DNA from: an uncultured Cryomorphaceae bacterium
Lineage (GTDB): Bacteria; Bacteroidota; Bacteroidia; Flavobacteriales_D; SKUL01
Reading direction: 5' to 3'
Assembly: GCA_964487545.1 (NCBI GenBank)
Contig: CAZARI010000010.1
Coordinates: 284 to 64,283 of the forward strand
DNA: 64,000 bases
Shown one piece after another: positions 56,692 to 64,000 of this stretch. Under the pieces are notes generated by a model. The model did not search any database and was not told where the DNA came from. It saw only the letters and a list, made by a program, of their open reading frames with translations. Both the position numbers and the translations under genes were made by a program. Position 1 is the first letter of the stretch; the number at the start of each line of letters is the position of its first letter.

Positions 56692-56730
56692 TCTGAAAAC
56701 GACAATGCCGGCATTTTCATACCGGCACTG
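56692..56730 (-). terminator. Probable terminator of typA
   Basis: Minus strand reads GTGCCGG-TATGAAAATG-CCGGCAT, then TGTCGTTTTCAGATTTTTT. It sits 30 nt after the typA stop. The loop is fairly large. Confidence 0.45.
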
Positions 56731-56759
56731 TAACTCGTTAAAAAATCAACCCAAACGGA

Positions 56760-58523
56760 TTATTTGATTTTTCTCATCCGCATATTTATCGGTGTAATTT
56801 CGAGGTATTCGTTGTCGTGGATGTATTCAATTGCTTCTTCAAGCGAAAACTTCACTGCCGGCGGAAGCTTCACCTGATCGTCTGTTCCCGACGCTCGTAC
56901 GTTGGTGAGTTTTTTTCCTTTCACCAGATTCACGTCCAGGTCTCCTGCCCTACTGTGTTCGCCCACAACTTGCCCTTTGTATATGTCCGCACCGGGGTCA
57001 ATAAAAAATTTGCCCCGATCCTTCAGTCTGTCAATGGCGTAGGCTGTGGCTTTTCCCGTTTCCATCGAAACCAGCGATCCTTGAAAACGAGTAGAAATTT
57101 CTCCTTTCATCGGTTCAAAAGACCTGAATCGGTGGGTCATTACGGCTTCTCCGCCAGTGGCAGTTAGTACGTTGTTTCGCAAACCGATCAGTCCACGTGC
57201 AGGAATATCAAACTCCAGGTGTTGTAAATCCCCTTTGGGTTCCATAACCAGCATTTCTCCTTTTCGTTGGGTAACCAGTTCAATCACCTTTCCCGATGAA
57301 ATTTGAGGTACATCAATCACCAGTGTTTCGTATGGCTCGCATTGAACCCCCTCGATTTCTTTAACAATGACCACTGGCTTTCCCACCTGAAGTTCATAGC
57401 CCTCGCGGCGCATGGTTTCAATCAGAATCGACAAGTGCAATACTCCCCGGCCATACACGTTGAATTTATCTTCGGACGAAGTGGTTTCTACGCGCAGTGC
57501 CAGATTCTTTTCGGTTTCTTTCATCAGCCGGTCGCGCAGGTGACGCGATGTGACGAACTTTCCTTCTTTTCCGAAAAATGGAGAGTTGTTTATGGTAAAC
57601 AACATGCTCATGGTTGGTTCGTCTACTTCAATTCGCGGAAGTGCTTCGGCTCCTACGATGTCGGCAATGGTGTCGCCAATTTCAAAATCATCGAGGCCAA
57701 CAATGGCACAAATATCACCACTGCGAACAGATGAAACCCGCTCGCGACCCAAGCCAACAAATACGTGCAACTCTTTGATGCGAACTTTTTTGCTCGATCC
57801 ATCGCGGCGAAAAACGGTGTAATCTTTTCCTTCGTGCAAATCTCCCCTAAACACGCGTCCGATAGCAATTCTCCCCACGAAACTGGAGAAATCGAGCGAA
57901 GTAATCTGCATCTGAGCGCTTCCTTCTCGATAAGGTGCTTCCGGAATTTGGGCAATGATTGTATCGAGTAACGGCTCCAGATTATCAGTTGGTTTATTCC
58001 AGTCGGTGCTCATCCAACCATTTTTGGCCGATCCGAAAATGGTTTCAAAATCGAGTTGCTCTTCGGTGGCATCCAGGTTGAACATCAAATCGAAAACAGC
58101 TTGCTGCGCCTCGTCGGGAGTACAGTTTTCTTTATCCACTTTATTGACCACAACGATGGGTTTCAGTCCCAGATCGATTGCTTTTCCGAGTACAAATCGT
58201 GTTTGTGGCATCGGACCTTCAAAGGCATCGACCAAAAGCAAAACGCCATCGGCCATTCGAAGAACGCGCTCCACTTCTCCGCCAAAATCGGCGTGACCGG
58301 GTGTGTCAATAATATTGATTTTTACGCCTTTATACTGTACGGAAACATTTTTTGAAAGAATAGTAATTCCCCGCTCGCGTTCCAGATCGTTATTGTCCAA
58401 AAAGCGATCATCGGTGTCCTGATGTGGACTTGTTTGCAATGAAGTTTGAATGATTTTATCGACAATAGTGGTTTTTCCATGATCGACGTGAGCGATGATG
58501 GCAATGTTTCTGATTGATTGCAT
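56760..58523 (-). CDS. typA: Translational GTPase TypA/BipA
   Basis: 587 aa. IRNIAIIAHVDHGKTT, DTPGHADFGGEVER, NKVD. EF-G-like domain order and the BipA-specific C-terminal region. Confidence 0.95.
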   Translation of the reverse strand: MQSIRNIAIIAHVDHGKTTIVDKIIQTSLQTSPHQDTDDRFLDNNDLERERGITILSKNVSVQYKGVKINIIDTPGHADFGGEVERVLRMADGVLLLVDAFEGPMPQTRFVLGKAIDLGLKPIVVVNKVDKENCTPDEAQQAVFDLMFNLDATEEQLDFETIFGSAKNGWMSTDWNKPTDNLEPLLDTIIAQIPEAPYREGSAQMQITSLDFSSFVGRIAIGRVFRGDLHEGKDYTVFRRDGSSKKVRIKELHVFVGLGRERVSSVRSGDICAIVGLDDFEIGDTIADIVGAEALPRIEVDEPTMSMLFTINNSPFFGKEGKFVTSRHLRDRLMKETEKNLALRVETTSSEDKFNVYGRGVLHLSILIETMRREGYELQVGKPVVIVKEIEGVQCEPYETLVIDVPQISSGKVIELVTQRKGEMLVMEPKGDLQHLEFDIPARGLIGLRNNVLTATGGEAVMTHRFRSFEPMKGEISTRFQGSLVSMETGKATAYAIDRLKDRGKFFIDPGADIYKGQVVGEHSRAGDLDVNLVKGKKLTNVRASGTDDQVKLPPAVKFSLEEAIEYIHDNEYLEITPINMRMRKIK

Positions 58524-58544
58524 AAATTGATTAAGGGGTTAATA

Positions 58545-60212
58545 CTATTCGTTATCGAGATTCACACGTAGCTTGCGTCCATTGACCATCAATCCTTTGA
58601 AATGCTCTTCGATATCCTTACTTCTCGACTTGCTGAGATCAAAGAATGAAAAACGTTCTTTGACCGTGATTTTATCGATATCCTTTTTGGATACTTGTGC
58701 CTGTTCGCTCACAAAATCCTTTAACGTATGCTTGTCCACTCCGTCGATGTGCCCGATATTAATAAAATATCGTGATGTTCCGTTTGTAGCGCCATTGCTT
58801 GAGGTTGATTTCCGATCGGATGTTCTTCGATCAGCAGTTTTGCGAAACGGCAAATCCACGCCTTCTGTTCTTTTTCTTTTGCCTTTTTCAGCGGGTATTT
58901 TGCGGCTGATTTCCTTTTCCTTACTGTGGGTGGCCATTTGTTGAGCAACCAGTTTTTCGATGAGTTCTTCCTTAGACAAATCTTGCAGAAGTTGCGACAC
59001 TTGCTTCACTTCGTTTCTTTGTGCATCGTTAGAAGGGGTATCGATGATGGCAGTAGCCCATCCACTCAGTTTCTGGTTGATGACGGCTTTGCGTGACGGT
59101 ACTTCAACCGGTGCGAAATTAATCTTCATCTCGCGTTCGATTCGCTGTAAACCCCGCACATCCGAATGGCCAACAATGGCGATTGAAATGCCTGATTTTC
59201 CGGCACGTGCGGTTCTTCCGCTACGGTGTGCGAATGATTCGGTATCCTGCGGCATTCCCAGGTGAAAGACGTGGGTTAAATCCTCTACGTCGATTCCGCG
59301 TGCAGCAACGTCGGTCGCCACCACCAGTTGCAGAATTTTCTTTTTGAACTGTCCCATCACGCGTTCGCGGTGAGCTTGAGTAAGATCGCCGTGCAGTGCT
59401 TCGGCTCGGTAGCCGTTACGAGACAATTCATCGGCAACCTCTTGGGTATCCTTTCGTGTGCGGCAGAAAATCAAACCGTACACGTCTTGGTTGAAATCAA
59501 GAAATCGCTGCAGTGCCAACACCCTCTCGGCGCGGGTAACCTTGCAGTATTGATGAATGATATTTTCATTCATTCGCTGCTTGGCGTTGATGGTCACCAC
59601 GGTGGGTTCTTTCATAAAGGTATCCGCAATTTCGCGAATTGCAGGTGGCATGGTAGCCGAAAACATCCAGATATTCTTTGAATTGCCAGTGTAGGCCAGA
59701 ATTTCGTGAACATCTTCTTTAAAACCCATATTCAGCATTTCGTCGGCTTCGTCAAGAATGACGGCCTCCACCTGATCGATGGCCACGGCTTTTCGTTTCA
59801 GTAAATCGAGCAATCGGCCAGGAGTAGCTACCAAAACGTGTGGTTTTCGTTGACGCAAATCGCGCAACTGACCAGTAATTGGGGCGCCTCCATAAACTGG
59901 AAGAACCCGAAGGTTTTTTACTCCTTCGCTAAACTTTTCGAGCTCGTTGGCAATTTGCATGGCCAGTTCTCGGGTAGGAGAAACGATCAGATACTGAGTG
60001 GCCGGCTTATTTTCATCGCAAAGCGACATGGCCGGCAAACCGTAAGCCGCTGTTTTTCCTGTACCTGTTTGAGCCAGCCCGATAAAATCGGATTTGTTTT
60101 GCAGCAGAAACGGGATGGCCTGTTGTTGAATTTCTGTTGGTTGGGTGATCCCTCTCGTTGCCAGCGCGGCAACCCATTGATCGGATAATCCCAGATCGCG
60201 GAATAATTTCAT
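58545..60212 (-). CDS. DEAD-box ATP-dependent RNA helicase with basic linker and DbpA-type C-terminal RNA-binding domain
   Basis: 555 aa. Q-motif, AQTGTGKT, PTRELA, DEAD (ILDEADEML), SAT, HRSGRTARAG. C-terminus YFINIGHIDGV..FFDLS..GRKLRV. Confidence 0.9.
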   Translation of the reverse strand: MKLFRDLGLSDQWVAALATRGITQPTEIQQQAIPFLLQNKSDFIGLAQTGTGKTAAYGLPAMSLCDENKPATQYLIVSPTRELAMQIANELEKFSEGVKNLRVLPVYGGAPITGQLRDLRQRKPHVLVATPGRLLDLLKRKAVAIDQVEAVILDEADEMLNMGFKEDVHEILAYTGNSKNIWMFSATMPPAIREIADTFMKEPTVVTINAKQRMNENIIHQYCKVTRAERVLALQRFLDFNQDVYGLIFCRTRKDTQEVADELSRNGYRAEALHGDLTQAHRERVMGQFKKKILQLVVATDVAARGIDVEDLTHVFHLGMPQDTESFAHRSGRTARAGKSGISIAIVGHSDVRGLQRIEREMKINFAPVEVPSRKAVINQKLSGWATAIIDTPSNDAQRNEVKQVSQLLQDLSKEELIEKLVAQQMATHSKEKEISRKIPAEKGKRKRTEGVDLPFRKTADRRTSDRKSTSSNGATNGTSRYFINIGHIDGVDKHTLKDFVSEQAQVSKKDIDKITVKERFSFFDLSKSRSKDIEEHFKGLMVNGRKLRVNLDNE

Positions 60213-60326
60213 GTGTTTGTTGTTTAGTGTAAATCACCGGTCACATGGAACTCGCAATGCTTCTGAAAAGAAAGGTGAAAGAGATCAATGGTACTGATGC
60301 TTGTTTATAGCGCATAAAAATCGCGG

Positions 60327-60334
60327 CAAAGGTA
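60327..60334 (-). promoter_or_regulatory. Candidate -7 box (TACCTTTG) for the DEAD-box helicase / typA unit
   Basis: Plus-strand CAAAGGTA, 115 nt upstream of ATG 60212. This would imply a long 5' leader, as is known for cold-shock helicase genes. Confidence 0.3.
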
Positions 60335-60379
60335 AGGATTTATATGCCAGTATCTACGGGTGATGCAATTTTTTTGAAT

Positions 60380-60440
60380 TTTATTGAAAATCAATATTAA
60401 ATCGCCCGGAATATTAGCCAATGCTGCAAAACCGGGCGAT
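60380..60440 (-). terminator. Possible terminator of the hsp20 gene
   Basis: 9-bp inverted repeat ATCGCCCGG / CCGGGCGAT (60401-60409 / 60432-60440), 38 nt after the stop, followed on the minus strand by a T-rich tract. The 22-nt loop is unusually long. Confidence 0.35.
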
Positions 60441-60477
60441 TCGATGTTTCTAACTCAACCTGTCTTTGATCTGCTTT

Positions 60478-60900
60478 TCAGGAAATATCGATGGTTTTGC
60501 GACGTTTTTGCGCTCCGTCTTTTGGGATTTTCACACACAAAACGCCTTTGCTTACTTGCGCATTGATTTCGCCTTCGTTGATTAAATCGGGCAATCGAAA
60601 AGATCGCGAAAATGAGGAGTAGTGAAACTCACGCCGACTATAATGAGTCTCTTTGTCTGCTTCCGAGTGCTCTTGTGATTTCTCTGAAGAAATGGTGAGT
60701 AAACCATCGTTCAATTCAATTTTGATGTCATCTTTGTCAAACCCCGGTACAGCCAATTCAACTTCAAATCGGTCATCGAGTTCCTTAATATTTGCCGAGG
60801 GCAAGTTAGTACCGACATTTCCGAAAAAATCGTTGTCGAAGAAATTATCGAAAAACGGACTAAAAACCGGCGGGTTTTTTCTAAATTTTGTAAGTGCCAT
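60478..60900 (-). CDS. Small heat-shock protein (Hsp20/alpha-crystallin family)
   Basis: 140 aa. Alpha-crystallin domain pattern: FEVELAVPGFDKDDIKIELNDGLLTISSEK, FSRSFRLP, GVLCVKIPK. Confidence 0.9.
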   Translation of the reverse strand: MALTKFRKNPPVFSPFFDNFFDNDFFGNVGTNLPSANIKELDDRFEVELAVPGFDKDDIKIELNDGLLTISSEKSQEHSEADKETHYSRREFHYSSFSRSFRLPDLINEGEINAQVSKGVLCVKIPKDGAQKRRKTIDIS

Positions 60901-61052
60901 AATGATTCAGGTTTTAAATATTCAATTATACTTTCATCCGGCTCATTTCAATTTCGGTGCCGGCAGAAAATTCAAGACATAATTTCATTTAATTCGTTAA
61001 TTACAAGTCAATTTGACCGTATAACTTGAAAAAATATGACAAAAATGCTGTA

Positions 61053-61265
61053 ATGGAAGAGGAGAAAAAATATGCGAATAAATCGGGAGTGGAGCTCACG
61101 CATGAAGAATGGATCGAATACCTTGAAGGAATTGATTTTGAAAGCTACCGAAATATCCAGGGGCTTTACGATATGTGGAATGAGGATTTTACCAAAGAGT
61201 TGAAAATCGTATTGAGCGAATATTACCTAAAACGTAAGGCTAAATTCCGCAAAACCGGAAGGTAA
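61053..61265 (+). CDS. Hypothetical small protein (70 aa)
   Basis: An ORF with a charged helical-looking sequence and no recognisable family. ATG 61053 is preferred over the track TTG at 61026. Coding status is uncertain. Confidence 0.35.
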   Translation: MEEEKKYANKSGVELTHEEWIEYLEGIDFESYRNIQGLYDMWNEDFTKELKIVLSEYYLKRKAKFRKTGR

Positions 61266-61325
61266 CCAAGGGGTAAACTGAATCATATTTTGGTACATTA
61301 GCGCCACTGAACCACCCAGCTAACC

Positions 61326-64000
61326 ATGAACGAATCTGTATTGCGGGCACTTCTCCGCTTATTTGCGCTCATTACTCAAAACACTGATGATTCTACCCGG
61401 CCACTTGCCATTGGCCAGGTAAAGGCTTATTTGCAACACAAAATTGATGCATCGCTGATCCCGACATACCTTTCCATTTTTGAAGAAGATCTTCAGACTT
61501 TTTCACGTCCTCCGAAAAAAGATGGAAAAAACAGCGCAAAAAAAGCCAGCACCCTCGGATCGGTCAAGGTGATTATGGCTTGCGAAAAGATCAACGAAAA
61601 CTTGGCCCACTACGAGAAAATTACGGTATTGATCCGGCTGTCGGAGTTTGTGCATAAAGGTGGACAGATTTCATTCAGGGAGTCGAATTTTCTTGAAACA
61701 CTGGCGCGTATCTTCAATATAGAGGTCACAATTTTTGAACTCATTCAGCATTTTGTTTTTAACGAAGAGGTAAATCACCCGTCGCTGATTTATGCTGGGG
61801 CGGGAAACGACACTGGAAACTGGTTCATCAGAGACGATCTGCCCGGCAAAATCATCGCTCTTCTCCTTCCCGGTTCTTCTCAAACCTTTGTGAAATATAC
61901 TGGACTCGAAAAACTGCGCATCAACCAACTGCAAATGGTGCCACAAACCATTTACGTTTTTAACGAAGGGGGTGTGATCACCGGAAAAAAGAGCGCACCG
62001 GTTTATCACAGCGACTTGCAGCTTATTTATTACCAACCGCATTTTGAGCAGAACATCATCCTGCGAGCAGAAAACATCACTTTTGTTTTTCCTGGCGGAA
62101 ATATCGGTTTGCATCCGTTTAATTTGGAGCAGCACTCTGGAAAGATGGTTGGCATCATGGGCGCTTCCGGAGCAGGAAAATCCACACTGCTGAATATTCT
62201 AAACGGAAACCTCACCCCTGATTCAGGTCGGCTTTCGATCAACGGGATTCCGGTTCATAATAAGAAAGCAAAACAACTGATAGGTTATGTCCCCCAAGAC
62301 GATTTGCTAATTGAAGAACTCACCGTATTTGAAAACCTGTATTACAACGGGTTGCTCTGTTTGCCGGGGTTGTCGGAAAAGGAATTGCGAAGCCGTATTG
62401 ATGGGCTGCTGCACCGCATTGACCTCTACGAAATCAGCGGATTGCGCGTGGGGAGCGTACTCGACAAACGCATCAGTGGCGGTCAGCGAAAAAGATTAAA
62501 CATTGCGTTGGAGTTGTTGCGCGAGCCGGCAGTACTTTTTGTGGATGAACCCACCAGTGGTTTGTCGTCGCAAGATTCGGAACTGGTGATGCGGTGGCTA
62601 AAACAACTCACCCTCAAAGGTCAACTGATCTTTACCGTCATTCACCAACCCTCTGGGCACATTTACCGATTGCTCGATCATTTGATTTTGCTCGATAAAG
62701 GCGGCTATCCCGTTTATTCTGGACGAGCGATGGAGGCACCGGCGTGGTTTCGTAAAAAGGCGGGGTATGTTTCTCGTCCCGGTGAAGAGCAGGCATTTGA
62801 ACCGCACGTGGATCCAGACGAGATGCTGCGGATTATTGAAGCTCGGCAAGTCAATGAGTTCGGGCAAATCATTTCAGACCGGGTAAAGAGTCCGCAGCAG
62901 TGGTACGATTTGTTTAAGGCTGAACAAGAAGATACTGCCTCTGCTGTCGCGATTGTGCAACCGGTGGAATCACCTGCCGAGCGCTATCAGGTTCCTTCGC
63001 GGTGGACACAGTTTAAGGTATATCTGAAGCGAAATTTACTTTCCAAAATCCGCAACCGTTCATTTTTAATCATTGCTTTGCTCGAAGCGCCGGTGCTGGC
63101 GATTATTATCGGATTTTTTACACGATATGCTGCTGGAACGGAACAGAATCCAGAGGCATACCTGCTCTACTACAACAAAAATCTGCCTGCGTTTTTGTTT
63201 ATGATTATTGTCGTTGCATTATTTGTTGGAATGCAGATCAGTGCCGAAGAAATTATTCGTGACCGCAAAATTCTGAAGCGCGAATCATTCCTGAACCTTA
63301 GCTGGCTGAGCTACTTGAACAGCAAAGTGGTGTATCTAATGTCGCTATCAGCCATACAAACCATATTGCTTGTTTTTATCGGAAATCTGATGCTTGGCAT
63401 CGATGGCATGTACGGTTATTTTTTCGCCATCCTCTTCCCCACTTTTGTTTTTGCCAATCTCGTTGGATTAAATATTTCCATGGCATTCAGCTCGGTGGTG
63501 ACCATCTATATTCTCGTTCCTTTTTTGGTGGTCCCACAATTATTACTCAGCGGAGTAATTGTCGACTTCGATACATTGCAGGATCCAAAAAAGCAGGGAA
63601 AAACCACTCCGGTGATTGCAGACATTATGGTGGCTCGCTGGGCCTACGAAGCCATGGCTGTTGCACAGTTTAAACACAATGATTACCAGCGGCATTTTTT
63701 TGATACAGAGCAAACAAAACACGAAGCCCTCTATCAATTTTCGTTTCGAATTCCGGAGCTCAATAACTTAAACGACCAGTGCCTGCGTTGGATTTCAGAT
63801 TCTACTGGAACACCTTGGCTCAATAACTCGCTGCACTTGCTTCAAACCGAAGTAGAAAAGACCAATCAGCTCTTTGCGCTGAAATTCGATCGGGTGTCAG
63901 AAATCCATCCGCAGCATTATACCCCGCTCACTGCTGGACTATTAACCGCGTGGTTGAACGAAATGGAGCGACAATACAGAAGAATATGGCGAAATGCCGA
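61326..64000 (+). CDS. ABC transporter ATPase-permease fusion (ABC-2/ABCG-like) with ~270-aa N-terminal extension; 3' end lies outside the window
   Basis: Not in the supplied track because no stop is reached. I translated it by hand from ATG 61326 and saw no in-frame stop to nt 64000. Walker A GASGAGKST, Q-loop GYVPQDD, signature SGGQRKR, Walker B LFVDEPTSGL, H-loop IHQP, then multiple TM helices (ALLEAPVLAIIIGFF, LPAFLFMIIVVALFVG ..). Confidence 0.85.
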   Translation, partial: MNESVLRALLRLFALITQNTDDSTRPLAIGQVKAYLQHKIDASLIPTYLSIFEEDLQTFSRPPKKDGKNSAKKASTLGSVKVIMACEKINENLAHYEKITVLIRLSEFVHKGGQISFRESNFLETLARIFNIEVTIFELIQHFVFNEEVNHPSLIYAGAGNDTGNWFIRDDLPGKIIALLLPGSSQTFVKYTGLEKLRINQLQMVPQTIYVFNEGGVITGKKSAPVYHSDLQLIYYQPHFEQNIILRAENITFVFPGGNIGLHPFNLEQHSGKMVGIMGASGAGKSTLLNILNGNLTPDSGRLSINGIPVHNKKAKQLIGYVPQDDLLIEELTVFENLYYNGLLCLPGLSEKELRSRIDGLLHRIDLYEISGLRVGSVLDKRISGGQRKRLNIALELLREPAVLFVDEPTSGLSSQDSELVMRWLKQLTLKGQLIFTVIHQPSGHIYRLLDHLILLDKGGYPVYSGRAMEAPAWFRKKAGYVSRPGEEQAFEPHVDPDEMLRIIEARQVNEFGQIISDRVKSPQQWYDLFKAEQEDTASAVAIVQPVESPAERYQVPSRWTQFKVYLKRNLLSKIRNRSFLIIALLEAPVLAIIIGFFTRYAAGTEQNPEAYLLYYNKNLPAFLFMIIVVALFVGMQISAEEIIRDRKILKRESFLNLSWLSYLNSKVVYLMSLSAIQTILLVFIGNLMLGIDGMYGYFFAILFPTFVFANLVGLNISMAFSSVVTIYILVPFLVVPQLLLSGVIVDFDTLQDPKKQGKTTPVIADIMVARWAYEAMAVAQFKHNDYQRHFFDTEQTKHEALYQFSFRIPELNNLNDQCLRWISDSTGTPWLNNSLHLLQTEVEKTNQLFALKFDRVSEIHPQHYTPLTAGLLTAWLNEMERQYRRIWRNA

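Noticed and set aside
60901-61025. Searched the hsp20 upstream region for CIRCE or an RNA thermometer.
   Set aside because: No TTAGCACTC-N9-GAGTGCTAA-like element is present. There is only a weak 5-bp inverted repeat (CCGGC/GCCGG) and an imperfect -7 box (TATAATTG). This is insufficient to call.
61671-62867. Three minus-strand ORFs (154, 70 and 89 aa) listed in a region that has no plus-strand entry in the track.
   Set aside because: Hand translation shows a continuous plus-strand ABC transporter gene with Walker A, signature and Walker B motifs across this region. The minus-strand ORFs are its antisense shadows.
1-64000. Searched by eye for tRNA, rRNA, tmRNA, CRISPR arrays, transposases, integrases, and phage or defence-system genes.
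   Set aside because: All intergenic gaps over 100 nt (12361-12539, 16546-16757, 22034-22224, 25517-25707, 28983-29235, 32997-33517, 37006-37119, 44608-44957, 56538-56759, 60213-60477, 60901-61052) lack cloverleaf-like GC-rich segments or repeat arrays. No ORF shows recombinase, nuclease-helicase or toxin-antitoxin signatures. Absence is by inspection only, so tRNAscan and Infernal should confirm it.

Overview
This 64-kb segment looks like Bacteroidota (Flavobacteriia-like) chromosome. Many ORFs end in type-A (Por secretion tail) or type-B (gliding-motility/CHU_C) T9SS sorting domains, and exact TAnnTTTG -7 boxes sit at sensible distances upstream of about ten genes. I recognise about 46 protein-coding genes. 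I found no rRNA, tRNA, CRISPR array, transposase or integrase. Layout: (i) 0.1-16.5 kb is rich in secreted proteins: an LTD protein, an LTD-CotH protein, an S8 subtilase, a triple-Kazal protein, an S10 carboxypeptidase and a large adhesin-like protein. (ii) 16.7-33 kb is housekeeping and stress: msrA, smpB, ZIP transporter, DtxR/MntR-family repressor, sodA, pyrD, HMG-CoA lyase, clpC, gyrA. (iii) 33.0-33.5 kb is an ORF-free spacer with a degenerate tandem duplication. (iv) 37.1-53.1 kb holds two divergent operons that together encode a trehalose/alpha-glucan cycle: glgE, treS-pep2 and glgB facing glgX, treZ and a treY-malQ fusion. (v) 53.2-64 kb holds trhO, a secreted endonuclease I, a run of temperature-stress genes (desaturase, typA, DEAD-box helicase, hsp20) and an ABC ATPase-permease fusion that runs off the window and is absent from the ORF track. 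The items most worth a second look are the glgA/glgC-less trehalose/alpha-glucan locus with its 1400-aa TreY-MalQ fusion, the lysine-rich tail on GlgB, and the subtilase plus triple-Kazal pair, whose Kazal units alternate with an unassigned 6-cysteine module. All calls rest on reading motifs by eye. No database search, HMM or folding program was run.
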